64,000 nucleotides of DNA from Candidatus Gottesmanbacteria bacterium (GTDB taxonomy: Bacteria > Patescibacteriota > Microgenomatia > UBA10105 > UBA927): contig JAHFKK010000001.1 of NCBI GenBank assembly GCA_023245335.1, positions 555,282 through 619,281 on the forward strand, read 5' to 3'. Below the pieces are notes generated by a model. That model was not told the DNA's origin and ran no database searches. It saw only the letters and a list, made by a program, of their open reading frames with translations. Shown in pieces: positions 17,929 through 28,638 of the stretch (positions are counted from its first letter, which is position 1; every line of letters starts with the position of its first letter). The translations under genes were made by a program, and so were the position numbers.

Positions 17929-19173
17929 ATGTTAGACATTAAATTCATCCGGGATAATCTCGCACTCTGTAAAACCGCTGCGAAAAATAAGAATCGCGAG
18001 GTTGAATGGGAAGAGTTACTTACTCTTGATGAAAAACGCCGATCATTACTGAATACGTCCGAAACATTGAGAGCAGAAAGAAATGCCGTCAGTAAGACGC
18101 GCACGGATGACGGTGTCGCTCGCGGTAAAGAAATTAAGGATGAGCTTAAAGGATTAGAAGAAGAACTCCGGTCGGTAGAGGAACGCTTTAATCTCCTTAT
18201 GCTGACTGTTCCCAACGTGCCAGACGCGAGTGTGCCGGTTGGGAAAGACGCGAGCGGCAACGTTGAGGTACGAAAAGTCGGGAAGCCTACGAAGTTTGAC
18301 TTCACACCCAAGGACCATATAGAGCTTGCGAAGTCTCTCGATCTTATCGATTTCGAGCGGGGGACGAAGGTCGGAGGATTCCGCGCGTATTTTCTGAAAA
18401 ATGAGGCTGCACAGCTGGAGTTTGCCGTACTTTTCTACACATTCCAGAAATTGATCGCCAAAGGGTACACGCCGCTTATCGCGCCGAGTTTGGTTCGGGA
18501 GTTTGCTTTCTACGGTAACGGGCAGTTCCCATGGAGTAAAGATGAGACATATCACCTCGAAAAAGACGACTTGTACCTTTCCGGGACTGCAGAGGTACCG
18601 GTCACGGCCTATCTCTCGGACGAAGTATTAGCAGAAAAAGATTTACCAAAGAAATTCGTGGCGTTTTCTTCTTGTTACCGCCGGGAAGCCGGGAGTTACG
18701 GTAAAGATACCAAAGGGGCTTATCGGGTGCACCAATTTAACAAGGTTGAACAAGTAATTATCTCAACTGCAGAAACGAGTAATTCTCTTACTCTACATGA
18801 AGAGTTGTTGGCGAACGCAGAGGAAATTTTACAGGACCTCAAGCTTCCGTATCGGGTACTCCTTATGTGCACTGGCGATATGGGCGAGCCGCAAGTCAAA
18901 AAGTACGATCTGGAAACCTGGATGCCGGGAAGGAAGGAATATGGCGAGACGATGTCCAACTCGTTCATGGGGGATTTCCAAGCGAGGAGACTAAAGATCC
19001 GGTATCGTGCGAGTGACGGAACGACGAAGTTTTGCCATACCCTCAATAATACGGCGATAGCTTCCCCCCGCATCCTCATTGCTATTCTCGAAAATTATCA
19101 GCAAAAGGACGGAACAATTAAAATCCCCGAAGTGTTACAGCCGCTTATAGGCAAATCAGTTATCAAGCGATAA
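17929..19173 (+). CDS. serS: Serine--tRNA ligase
   Basis: MLDIKFIR, GTAEVP, CYRREAGSYG, RVHQFNKVE, HTLNNT. Confidence 0.97.
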   Translation: MLDIKFIRDNLALCKTAAKNKNREVEWEELLTLDEKRRSLLNTSETLRAERNAVSKTRTDDGVARGKEIKDELKGLEEELRSVEERFNLLMLTVPNVPDASVPVGKDASGNVEVRKVGKPTKFDFTPKDHIELAKSLDLIDFERGTKVGGFRAYFLKNEAAQLEFAVLFYTFQKLIAKGYTPLIAPSLVREFAFYGNGQFPWSKDETYHLEKDDLYLSGTAEVPVTAYLSDEVLAEKDLPKKFVAFSSCYRREAGSYGKDTKGAYRVHQFNKVEQVIISTAETSNSLTLHEELLANAEEILQDLKLPYRVLLMCTGDMGEPQVKKYDLETWMPGRKEYGETMSNSFMGDFQARRLKIRYRASDGTTKFCHTLNNTAIASPRILIAILENYQQKDGTIKIPEVLQPLIGKSVIKR

Positions 19174-19195
19174 TAGGAAACGGCGTTACTTATAC

Positions 19196-19852
19196 ATGAC
19201 CGCAACGCACAAATCTGTGTGGTTAAGTTATCTTATCCCTCTCACGCTTATCCGTGATTCCTCCGAATTTAATAAAGACATCCGCGTGGTCGTTTCCTAC
19301 GGAAAGAAAAAATTATTGGTAAACGGCATTCAGCAGTCGGGGCCGATGATTGAGGGCTTCTGGAATTTCGCATTCAGCAACGTGTCTTTACCGACAAAAC
19401 AAACCGTCCGCTCGATACTCGTCCTCGGCGTCGGGGGAGGCACGGTCATAGGTAAGCTGGAGGTGCATTATCCCGATGCCAAGATCACTGCCGTAGATAT
19501 AGATGAAGCTATCATAGATATCGGCCGATCCTATTTCGGATTATCCGGTAAGCCTCATCTAACGTTAGTCGCGGCGGATGCAAAAACGTATATTGCCGAT
19601 ACACATAAACAGTTTGATTTCATAATCGCTGATTTGTACATCGGGCGCGACATACCGGCATTTGAATCGTCTGTATCGTTTATACGGAACATGAAGAAGG
19701 CACTGCGACCCGGTGGGCACATCCTCATAAACTTTTTGCATGACAGCGCGTACGAAAAACGCGCCGCGTTACTGCGTACGAGACTTCGGGAAGAGTTTAC
19801 CCATGTGGAAACAGCTGCGCTTCCGTACAATCTCTTTTTCATGGCTTATTAG
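19196..19852 (+). CDS. Spermidine-synthase-like SAM-dependent methyltransferase
   Basis: LVLGVGGG, VDID, ADA, FDFIIAD, LRPGG. Confidence 0.8.
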   Translation: MTATHKSVWLSYLIPLTLIRDSSEFNKDIRVVVSYGKKKLLVNGIQQSGPMIEGFWNFAFSNVSLPTKQTVRSILVLGVGGGTVIGKLEVHYPDAKITAVDIDEAIIDIGRSYFGLSGKPHLTLVAADAKTYIADTHKQFDFIIADLYIGRDIPAFESSVSFIRNMKKALRPGGHILINFLHDSAYEKRAALLRTRLREEFTHVETAALPYNLFFMAY

Positions 19853-19882
19853 CTTCCGATTTTGTGATAAAATAGGAGTCCG

Positions 19883-22609
19883 ATGTTTAAATTCCTCACG
19901 AGACTTCTGGACAGCAACGAAAAAGAAATCGTACAGCTTCGTACGATGGTCGCGAGCATCAATGCCGCAGAGGCGGATGTGAAGCTCCTGAAAGATGCGG
20001 ATTTTGCGAAGAAAACCGCAGAGTTCAAAGAACGGTTGGCTAGCGGCCAGACACTCGATGATATTTTACCGGAAGCGTACGCGCTGGTGCGGGAAGCCTC
20101 GCTTCGGACGATCGGTGAACGGCATTATGATGTGCAACTCATGGCCTCTATCGCACTTCACCAGGGGAAGGTCGCAGAGCAAAAAACAGGAGAAGGAAAG
20201 ACGTTATCAGCAGTGCCCGCACTATACCTTAATGCGTTGACGGGAAGAGGCGCGCACTTGGTCACCGTCAACGATTACCTCGCCCGTCGCGATGCTGGCT
20301 GGATGGGCCGCATTTACCACATGCTGGGATTGTCCGTATCCGCGATCATCGGAGAACAATCATTTATCTATGATCCAGAATATGCGAATCCGACGGCAGA
20401 TGATTGGCGATTGGAACACCTGAAGCCCGTGAGCCGCAAAGATGCATATCGTGCTGATATTACCTACGGCATCAATTCCGAATACGGATTCGATTATCTC
20501 CGAGACAACATGGCAAGCGATATGAGCCAACTCGTCCAGCGCGAATACCATTACGCCATCATCGATGAGGTGGATTCTATCCTTATCGACGAAGCCCGGA
20601 CTCCGCACATCATCTCTGCGCCGGCTGAAGAAGCGACTCACAAATATTATGACTACGCCAAACTCGTGGATAAACTGACGAAAGAAACGGATTATCTCAT
20701 CGATGAAAAGCTCCGGACGGCACACCTTACGGACCACGGGATCCTCAAAGTCGAAAAGATGCTGGGTCTCGGGAATATCTATGAAACCAGTTTCGAGACG
20801 GTACATCATATAGAAGCAGCGCTTAAGGCGCGGGCGCTTTTCCAGCGGGAAAAAGACTATATCGTCAAAGACGGACAGGTGGTCATCGTCGATGAATTCA
20901 CGGGCAGACTCCTCACCGGCCGCCGATTCAGTGAAGGTATACATCAGGCCATCGAGGCCAAAGAAGGTGTCGCCATCCAGCAGGAAAGCAAAACGCTTGC
21001 CACGGTGAGTTTGCAAAATTATTTCCGCATGTACGAAAAACTCGCGGGTATGACGGGTACTGCCGCAACGGAGGCTGAGGAATTTAAAAAAATCTATAAC
21101 CTCGATGTCATCGTCGTGCCGACGCACAAACCCCAGGCCCGGACGGATTATGCGGATATGGTGTACAAAACCACACGGGCCAAATACTCGGCTGTAGCCA
21201 ATGACATTATCGAACATTACAAAAAAGGACAGCCGGTTTTGGTCGGCACTACGTCCATTGATAAAAACGAAATCATAAGCGATCTTCTGACCCGTAAAGG
21301 GATTCCCCATCAGGTTTTAAACGCCAAAAACCATCTCAAAGAAGCCATGATCATAACCGAAGCAGGGAAGAAAGCGGCGATAACGGTCGCGACCAACATG
21401 GCGGGCCGGGGAGTCGATATTATCCTGGGCGGCTCTAAAAAGGAAAAGTGGGAATACAAAAGCGAGACCGAATGGAAGCATGACATGACCGCCTGGCAAA
21501 AACGTCATGACGAAGTCGTTTCCCTGGGCGGGCTGTACGTCATCGGTACGGAGAGACACGAGTCCCGACGTATAGACAATCAACTCCGGGGCCGGTCAGG
21601 GAGACAGGGAGATCCGGGCGCGAGTAGATTCTATGTGTCGCTTGAGGACGACATCATGCGTCTGTTCGGCGGTGATCAGGTCTCCAAACTCATGACTATC
21701 TTCAAGCTTCCCGAAGACGTACCGCTTGAACACGCGATGGTCAGCCGTGCTTTGGAACAAGCCCAAACGAAAGTGGAAGGCTTCCATTTTGACAGCAGGA
21801 AACATCTTGTCGAATACGACGACGTCCTCAATAAGCACCGCGAAATTATTTATCGCAGGCGTCGAAAAATTTTGGAAGGCGAGAACCAAAAGGCTGCCAT
21901 CATCAAAAAAGTCGGCGATGAGATCGCAAATACTGTCGCGGTATACAGTCCCGAACATGCGGAGATAGACCGCACGAAGATCGTCATGGAATTCGTTTCC
22001 ATCATCCCCTTTGATCCGGCGTCCCAAGAGCAGCTCATGAAACAATTGGAGCAACTGCATAATCCGCAGGACATCACGGATTTTCTGACAAAAATCGTAT
22101 CTGACGTCTACGTCCAGCGGGAAACGCAGGTAACGCCCGATGTCATGCGGCAGATAGAACGTTGGGTAAGCTTACAAGTTATAGATAATCTTTGGATGGA
22201 TCACCTGGACGCGATAGATGATCTACGCGAAGGAATTGGTCTCCGGGGCTACGGACAGCGTGATCCGCTCGTCGAGTACAAAAACGAAGCGTTCAATATG
22301 TTTGAACAATTGGTTACCGGTATCGACAGTGAGATCGCACATAGGATCTTTAAAGTGCAGATACAGTTGGCTCCCGGTGCAGTACCGGCACAGACTACCG
22401 CTCCCAACGCCGCCCCCGTCCCGCAACCAGCGGTACCGGTCATCCCACAGGAAACCGTTATTTCTCAGGCCGCCAAACGGATGCGGACCAACGCAGAGTC
22501 AAGCTCGCCACAGCCAAAGGTGGTCGCCAACAAACTCGGCCGTAATGATCCCTGCTGGTGCGGCAGCGGTAAGAAATGGAAGAAGTGCCACTATCCACAA
22601 ACAGGATAG
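19883..22609 (+). CDS. secA: Preprotein translocase SecA
   Basis: KTGEGKT, VTVNDYLARRD, IDEVDSILIDEART, ATNMAGRG, RSGRQGDPG, C-terminal GRNDPCWCGSGKKWKKCH. Confidence 0.98.
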   Translation: MFKFLTRLLDSNEKEIVQLRTMVASINAAEADVKLLKDADFAKKTAEFKERLASGQTLDDILPEAYALVREASLRTIGERHYDVQLMASIALHQGKVAEQKTGEGKTLSAVPALYLNALTGRGAHLVTVNDYLARRDAGWMGRIYHMLGLSVSAIIGEQSFIYDPEYANPTADDWRLEHLKPVSRKDAYRADITYGINSEYGFDYLRDNMASDMSQLVQREYHYAIIDEVDSILIDEARTPHIISAPAEEATHKYYDYAKLVDKLTKETDYLIDEKLRTAHLTDHGILKVEKMLGLGNIYETSFETVHHIEAALKARALFQREKDYIVKDGQVVIVDEFTGRLLTGRRFSEGIHQAIEAKEGVAIQQESKTLATVSLQNYFRMYEKLAGMTGTAATEAEEFKKIYNLDVIVVPTHKPQARTDYADMVYKTTRAKYSAVANDIIEHYKKGQPVLVGTTSIDKNEIISDLLTRKGIPHQVLNAKNHLKEAMIITEAGKKAAITVATNMAGRGVDIILGGSKKEKWEYKSETEWKHDMTAWQKRHDEVVSLGGLYVIGTERHESRRIDNQLRGRSGRQGDPGASRFYVSLEDDIMRLFGGDQVSKLMTIFKLPEDVPLEHAMVSRALEQAQTKVEGFHFDSRKHLVEYDDVLNKHREIIYRRRRKILEGENQKAAIIKKVGDEIANTVAVYSPEHAEIDRTKIVMEFVSIIPFDPASQEQLMKQLEQLHNPQDITDFLTKIVSDVYVQRETQVTPDVMRQIERWVSLQVIDNLWMDHLDAIDDLREGIGLRGYGQRDPLVEYKNEAFNMFEQLVTGIDSEIAHRIFKVQIQLAPGAVPAQTTAPNAAPVPQPAVPVIPQETVISQAAKRMRTNAESSSPQPKVVANKLGRNDPCWCGSGKKWKKCHYPQTG

Positions 22610-22628
22610 GTGATGTAATATAAACACC

Positions 22629-23768
22629 ATGAATGACGAAACGAAGCTGTTTGGCGGGATCATCCTTGCTACCGTTGCGATTATCGGCGGGGCGTTATTT
22701 TTCCTAAGCGGCGGCAACGGCTCATCAAATGCACTGAAAGCAGATCCGACGCTTCTCATACGGAGCGACAGCCCCAAAATATCCACATCATCAGCGACGG
22801 TCACCATGGTCGAATTCGGCGATTATCAATGTCCGGCATGCGGGGCGTATCACCCGGTCGTACAGCAAGTACTCTCTGACTTTAAGGGTTCTTTGAATTT
22901 TGTTTTCCGGGAATTTCCGCTTCCCATGCATCCCAATGCGCCTATTGGAGCTGCTGCAGCGGTCGCGGCGGGCAAACAAGGGAAATATTGGGAGATGCAC
23001 GATGCGCTGTATACTAAGCAGACCGACTGGTCCGAAGGCACGGATGCACGTGCGAAGATATTGGGATATGCGAAAGACATCAGTCTCGATGTTGTCCAAT
23101 TTACCAAAGATCTTGATAGCGCCGAAGTAAAAAGTTTTGTAGACCGCGACACCCAGGACGCGAATGCACTAGGGGTCAATGAGACGCCGACGTTTTATCT
23201 GGACGGCGTCAAGCTGACAAACCCCGCAAGCGTTGCCGATTTTGAAGCAATCATCAAAGCGGAGATTCAAAAGGCGCCGAAGCCAAGCATTTCACCGACC
23301 GCTGCGTATCATATACATGCGAATTTTGCCGTCAATTTAAACGGAAAAGCGTTTGATTTCACGCAGGCGAAATACCAGTCATCCAATGGGAAAGATATCA
23401 ATGAAGACATCCACCTGCATGACGGTAAAGGGGATATTATTCATATCCATAAACAGAAAGTTACGCTTGGGGATTTTTTTTCATCGCTCAAAATGAAGCT
23501 TACGAAAGACAGTTTCACGGATGACGCAGGGAATACATACGCCGTCAAAATGTATGTGAACGGCAAAGAAAATATTCAGTTTGATACCTATATCCCGCAG
23601 GATTTGGATAAGATACTCATTACGACAGCGGCGGATAAGACCACGATAGGAACGCAGGTCTCGGCAGTCGCGGATGACGCCTGCATATACTCACTCAAAT
23701 GTCCTGAGCGCGGTAAGCCGCCGACGGAAAACTGCGTGGGAGGACTGGGGACAGGCTGTAGCGATTAA
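22629..23768 (+). CDS. Membrane-anchored DsbA/BdbD-like thiol-disulfide oxidoreductase fused to a His/Cys-rich C-terminal domain
   Basis: TM, EFGDYQCPAC, FPL..H, ETPTFYLDG; C-terminal HIH, HLHD, HIH and four Cys. Confidence 0.88.
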   Translation: MNDETKLFGGIILATVAIIGGALFFLSGGNGSSNALKADPTLLIRSDSPKISTSSATVTMVEFGDYQCPACGAYHPVVQQVLSDFKGSLNFVFREFPLPMHPNAPIGAAAAVAAGKQGKYWEMHDALYTKQTDWSEGTDARAKILGYAKDISLDVVQFTKDLDSAEVKSFVDRDTQDANALGVNETPTFYLDGVKLTNPASVADFEAIIKAEIQKAPKPSISPTAAYHIHANFAVNLNGKAFDFTQAKYQSSNGKDINEDIHLHDGKGDIIHIHKQKVTLGDFFSSLKMKLTKDSFTDDAGNTYAVKMYVNGKENIQFDTYIPQDLDKILITTAADKTTIGTQVSAVADDACIYSLKCPERGKPPTENCVGGLGTGCSD

Positions 23769-24596
23769 TTAAGGTAGCCCGTACGCGGCAACGACGTCGC
23801 CCTTTTTTATCTGCGGGTCAATGCATCTCCACAGAAGTTGTGTACGCTTCATGTCATCACCGTTTGGCGTATATACGTATTTGACCGCGGTATATATCAC
23901 GGGTTTTTGACGTCTCTTCGAGTTGTGTTTGATAGCGCCGAATGCGCTGAGCGTCTCATCCGTCCAATGAATCAGCGTGATGATATCTTTCTTCCGGTGC
24001 GTACCCAGATCCCCGCATTCCATGAGCACATGCGCGATGCGGCGGGAATCCAAGAATGAAGAATAACGCATGAACGGATGACGGTCATGGACTACGACGG
24101 CAGCACTCGTCGTTTCCAGGAGCTCCCGTTGGAAGCCGCGTACCGCGGTATTTTTGCTTTGATACAGCCAGATAAACGGCGTCAGCTTTTCCTGTGTGGA
24201 TCCGCCGTGAAGGTCGATCCAAAGCGACGCGTCCTTGATGTACGTTTCGTACAGCCAATGCATGAGTTCATCGGTATGCGTGCCGTTTGCTCTTCCCGGA
24301 AAAATAAATTTGGGATACTTGCCGTCGATAGGGGATTTGCTCGTGCCAGCCCGAAACCCGGCGACATTCACAAGAGGCAGGAATCGAATAGTTCCTTTTA
24401 CTTTACTCGGCGTATACCGTTTATACAGGAGATGACAGGCAACAATTCCGGCGTATTCATCACCATCCATGCCGGCGGTTATTGTCACGGTTGGACCCGG
24501 TTCCCGTCCGACGATTTCGGCAAACGGCAATCGGACAGAACCGGCTGCCAACTCGGCGGTGACATGCGGTATGGAAGGAAGTGTGAGCCTCAACAT
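23769..24596 (-). CDS. Succinylglutamate desuccinylase/aspartoacylase (M14) family protein
   Basis: GPTVTITAGMDGDEY, PLVN, FPG, IDLHGG, MECG. Confidence 0.8.
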   Translation of the reverse strand: MLRLTLPSIPHVTAELAAGSVRLPFAEIVGREPGPTVTITAGMDGDEYAGIVACHLLYKRYTPSKVKGTIRFLPLVNVAGFRAGTSKSPIDGKYPKFIFPGRANGTHTDELMHWLYETYIKDASLWIDLHGGSTQEKLTPFIWLYQSKNTAVRGFQRELLETTSAAVVVHDRHPFMRYSSFLDSRRIAHVLMECGDLGTHRKKDIITLIHWTDETLSAFGAIKHNSKRRQKPVIYTAVKYVYTPNGDDMKRTQLLWRCIDPQIKKGDVVAAYGLP

Positions 24597-24638
24597 TTTG
24601 TCTTATTGTAACACGCCCTCTGTTATAATCAGACCTGT

Positions 24639-26057
24639 ATGGACTCATCGAAACCGAAAGACTCTTTACAGAATTCGATTCTCTCGTACCTTATCGAAGA
24701 CGCCATTCGGAAACTTCGTAAAAAACACAAATTATCGAAACAATCTAAATCGGTTGCGTCATCTATTCAGAGCACCATAGAAGCATTTACCTCACTCCGA
24801 CAAGAACTGAAAACGACTTCAACGTTCACTCTGATGGCCTGGCACGAATTATTTCTCCGATGTCATGAGCTATATGGAACCTTGGGGGGAATACTGACTG
24901 CCGATCACTGGCAGGCGCCGGCATTCGGATCGAACGGTGTGAATGAAGTAGGGGATGAACAGCGGAAAATTATTGCCAATCTCAATGACTACAAGCGCGA
25001 TCAGCATCCGATGGGTCTTCTCTGGGAGCACGCATATGCAAAGGCATTCCTCATCCACTCGTTCATGGAGGTACCGACCGCGTTCGCAACGACCAGCGGC
25101 ATGGCGGCCCTTACCGTCGCGGCGCTGGTAGTGCGGCAGCGGTTACCCAAAGAGTACCGGATCGCCGTAGGGGAGCATAGTTATTTTGAAAATCATGAAC
25201 TCCTTCATATGATGTTCCCGGCGGAGCGGATCGTTTTGTTTGATGAACGCCAACCGGCATCACTTCGCGCTATGCGTCCGAATGCAATATTTTTTGATCT
25301 CCTTGCCAATGATCCATCGATGACCGTTGCCGATGTTTCCGGTATTCTTTCGGTTGCCGCACGGATGGGGCATCATGTAGATGTCGTTGTTGACACTGCC
25401 TGTACGTCCATGGAACATTTCCGGGTTCCGGTTATGACCCGCGTCACCGGCAAAGTTTCGATTATCGGATTTGAGAGCCTCAATAAATATCATCAATTTG
25501 GGCTCGACCGCACGACCGGTGGTGTGCTTTGGGCATACGGCATCCTCAATGACATGGTGTATCGCGTACGGGATCACGCGGGCGTCATCATTCCCGAAAG
25601 CGCCGCCGCAACATTGCCGACGCCGTATCGGTCACTCCATAAACAGTATCTCAATAGACTGCAACATAATGCGATGTATCTAGCAAAGGCGATGCAGGAT
25701 ATTTCAAACATCCGGGTAAGTTATCCGGGATTGCCTTCACATACAGGGCACGTTGTTGCTAAGCGTGTGGGTTACTTCGGTTCGTTTATTTCCGTAGAGT
25801 TCCCTGGACAATCATGGAGGAAATACAGACCAGTGATGCGATCAATACTCGCAGAAGCAAAAAAAAAGAATGTGCCGATTGTTTCCGGGTCTTCGTTCGG
25901 GATGCCTATCACGAGAATCTATACGTGGTCCCCGCGAAGTCAGTTCGAGAAGCCATTTTTGCGAATTGCCCCCGGTTTGGAATCTCCCGAGGACATAGCC
26001 CGGATACGGGGTGTCGTGATACCGGTGTTACGTAACTGTGTGAAGGAATACAGATAG
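24639..26057 (+). CDS. PLP-dependent Cys/Met-metabolism-like enzyme (divergent)
   Basis: TSGMAAL, VVVDT, ESLNKY (PLP Lys), VSYPGLPSH, LRIAPGLE. Confidence 0.8.
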   Translation: MDSSKPKDSLQNSILSYLIEDAIRKLRKKHKLSKQSKSVASSIQSTIEAFTSLRQELKTTSTFTLMAWHELFLRCHELYGTLGGILTADHWQAPAFGSNGVNEVGDEQRKIIANLNDYKRDQHPMGLLWEHAYAKAFLIHSFMEVPTAFATTSGMAALTVAALVVRQRLPKEYRIAVGEHSYFENHELLHMMFPAERIVLFDERQPASLRAMRPNAIFFDLLANDPSMTVADVSGILSVAARMGHHVDVVVDTACTSMEHFRVPVMTRVTGKVSIIGFESLNKYHQFGLDRTTGGVLWAYGILNDMVYRVRDHAGVIIPESAAATLPTPYRSLHKQYLNRLQHNAMYLAKAMQDISNIRVSYPGLPSHTGHVVAKRVGYFGSFISVEFPGQSWRKYRPVMRSILAEAKKKNVPIVSGSSFGMPITRIYTWSPRSQFEKPFLRIAPGLESPEDIARIRGVVIPVLRNCVKEYR

Positions 26058-26090
26058 ACAATTAAATATCTTTTATACTGATTATTCACT

Positions 26091-28628
26091 ATGACCCCCC
26101 CAATACATACGCATAAAGGACTTACGGATAACGAAGTGCGGGAGCGTTTCCTGCGCGACGGATATAATGAGCTGCCGTCGCAGAGGCAAAAGAGCATTTT
26201 TGCCATTTTGTTTCACGTTCTTTCTGAGCCCATGCTTCTTCTCTTGCTCGGGACCGGCGGACTATACCTCGTGCTTGGCGAGCCCAGAGACGCGCTCATG
26301 CTTCTGACATTTGTGTTTGTCGTCATCGGAATCACGCTCTACCAGGAACACAAAACAGAACGGACGCTTGAAGCACTTCGGAATTTGGCAAGCCCGAGAG
26401 CCCTAGTGATACGAAATCATGTGCGCCTCCGCATACCAGGGAGAGAGGTTGTCACGGAGGATATTATCGTGCTCCGTGAAGGAGACAGGATTCCTGCTGA
26501 TGCGGTCGTCCTAGAACAGGAAAATCTTTCAGTTGATGAATCCCTGCTCACCGGAGAGTCCGTGCCGGTGCGGAAGTCGGTTTGGGAAAAAGGCGAGGCT
26601 GCGGCCCGGCCCGGCGGGGATGACCTCCCGTATGTATATTCGGGGACACTGGTTGTCGCAGGACGGGGAGTCGCCCGGGTGACGCGCATAGGGATCGGTA
26701 CGGAAATGGGTAAAATCGGGAAGGCGCTTCATGAAGTCCGTGAGGAAGAAACGCTACTGCATAAAGAAACTTCCAAAATTGTCCGGATCGCAACGATCGT
26801 CGGGATTGCGTTATGCGTGCTTACCGCGATCGTCTATAGCGTCACACGCGGCACACTTCTCCAGGGTTTGCTTGCAGGGCTTACCCTCGGTATGGCAATA
26901 CTCCCTGAAGAATTTCCCGTCGTGCTTTTAGTGTTTCTTACCCTCGGAGCCTGGCGCATATCCAAACGCAAAGTTCTGACGAGAAATTCCGCAGCTATAG
27001 AGACGCTGGGAGCCGCGACCGTCCTGTGCGTGGATAAAACGGGCACACTTACGCAAAACAAAATGACGCTTGCCACCTTGTCGGCAGGTTTGACGTACCG
27101 CGAAGTGAGTGATTCCGCCTCGGCCCCTCTTCCGGATTCATATCATCGCTTGTTGGAATACGCCATGCTCGCGAGTCAGCGGGATCCGTACGATCCGATA
27201 GAAAAAGAAATCCACCGTGTCGGAAGCGATTACTTGAGCGGTACGGAACATATCCATGACCAGTGGACGATCGTACGGGAGTATCCGTTATCCAAAGAAT
27301 TATTAGCCCTTTCACACGTGTGGAAATCACCGGATGCATCCTCGTTTGTCGTTGCCTCTAAGGGAGCTCCTGAAGCGATAGCGGAATTGTGTCATTTGCC
27401 CAAATCGAAACGGGATGCGCTCAATATCCGTATAGAAGAAATGTCCAAACGGGGACTTCGGGTACTGGGAGTTGCGAAAGCGGTATTCACCAAAAAAACC
27501 CTTCCCAAGTCGCAGCACCAGTTCCGTTTTGAGTTTGTGGGGCTTCTGGGATTTTTGGATCCGGTGAGGACGACCGTACCTGCGGCGATACGTGAGGCGT
27601 ACGGCGCCGGGATGCGCGTCATCATGATTACGGGCGATTACCCCGGTACCGCATCATGGATTGCGCGGGAAGCAGGATTTGCACACCCTGACTGGGTAAT
27701 CACCGGGAGCGAGTTATCGGTGATGAGCCAGGAAACGTTGCGGGAACGGATCCGGACGACAAACGTATTTGCACGCACGATGCCCGAACAAAAATTAGCA
27801 ATCGTTGCGGCCCTTAAGGCAAACGGCGACATCGTTGCGATGACCGGCGATGGGGTAAACGACGCACCGGCCCTGAAATCCGCAAACATCGGTATAGCCA
27901 TGGGTGAGCGCGGGACAGATGTTGCGCGTGAGGCGTCGGATTTGGTGCTTTTGAATGACGACTTTTCCTCAATCGTTGCCGCAGTCCGTCTGGGCCGGAG
28001 AATTTTTGATAATCTGAGGCGCGCCATGGGGTATGTGATAGCCGTCCATATGCCTATCGCCGGGTTGTCGCTCTTTTTGCCGCTATTCCATTTGCCGATC
28101 GTGTTATTGCCGGCGCATATAGCGCTCATGGAACTTATCATTGATCCCGCGTGTTCAACGGTATTTGAAGCCGAACCGGAAGAAGATAATATCATGCGCC
28201 GTCCGCCAAGACCCCTAAATCAGCGGGTATTCGATCCTCATACGCTTGGTGTCAGTGCGTTACAGGGGGTGAGTGTCCTCGTCGCTGTCGTCGTATTGCT
28301 TCTCTATGTTCTGTACACCGGCAAATCGGAGACCGAAGCACGGACAATGGCATTCTCGGCACTTATCATCGCGAACATTTTGCTTATTGTGACGAACTTG
28401 TCCTGGCGGGAAAACTTTTTTGAAATTCTTATGCGGCGCAACACCGCATTGTGGTCAGTCATCATTGGGACATTTATCGCGGTGGCGCTTATCCTGTATG
28501 TGCCCTTTGCCCGCTCACTATTTCATTTTGACCTCCTGCATCTCACTGATATCGCGATTGTCTGTGTGACTGCAGTACTAAGCGTCGTGTGGTTTGAATT
28601 TGCCAAGTCCCTACGTCTGGTTCAGTAA
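26091..28628 (+). CDS. Cation-translocating P-type ATPase (P2A-like)
   Basis: TGES, PEEFP, DKTGT, KGAPE, TGD and GDGVNDAP motifs. Confidence 0.95.
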   Translation: MTPPIHTHKGLTDNEVRERFLRDGYNELPSQRQKSIFAILFHVLSEPMLLLLLGTGGLYLVLGEPRDALMLLTFVFVVIGITLYQEHKTERTLEALRNLASPRALVIRNHVRLRIPGREVVTEDIIVLREGDRIPADAVVLEQENLSVDESLLTGESVPVRKSVWEKGEAAARPGGDDLPYVYSGTLVVAGRGVARVTRIGIGTEMGKIGKALHEVREEETLLHKETSKIVRIATIVGIALCVLTAIVYSVTRGTLLQGLLAGLTLGMAILPEEFPVVLLVFLTLGAWRISKRKVLTRNSAAIETLGAATVLCVDKTGTLTQNKMTLATLSAGLTYREVSDSASAPLPDSYHRLLEYAMLASQRDPYDPIEKEIHRVGSDYLSGTEHIHDQWTIVREYPLSKELLALSHVWKSPDASSFVVASKGAPEAIAELCHLPKSKRDALNIRIEEMSKRGLRVLGVAKAVFTKKTLPKSQHQFRFEFVGLLGFLDPVRTTVPAAIREAYGAGMRVIMITGDYPGTASWIAREAGFAHPDWVITGSELSVMSQETLRERIRTTNVFARTMPEQKLAIVAALKANGDIVAMTGDGVNDAPALKSANIGIAMGERGTDVAREASDLVLLNDDFSSIVAAVRLGRRIFDNLRRAMGYVIAVHMPIAGLSLFLPLFHLPIVLLPAHIALMELIIDPACSTVFEAEPEEDNIMRRPPRPLNQRVFDPHTLGVSALQGVSVLVAVVVLLLYVLYTGKSETEARTMAFSALIIANILLIVTNLSWRENFFEILMRRNTALWSVIIGTFIAVALILYVPFARSLFHFDLLHLTDIAIVCVTAVLSVVWFEFAKSLRLVQ

Positions 28629-28638
28629 GGCGGGAGGC

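Noticed and set aside
20360-21310. 316-aa antisense ORF within secA (and similar ones within lysS, ugd, ftsE and lon)
   Set aside because: Shadow ORFs on the strand opposite conserved genes, with no recognisable motifs.
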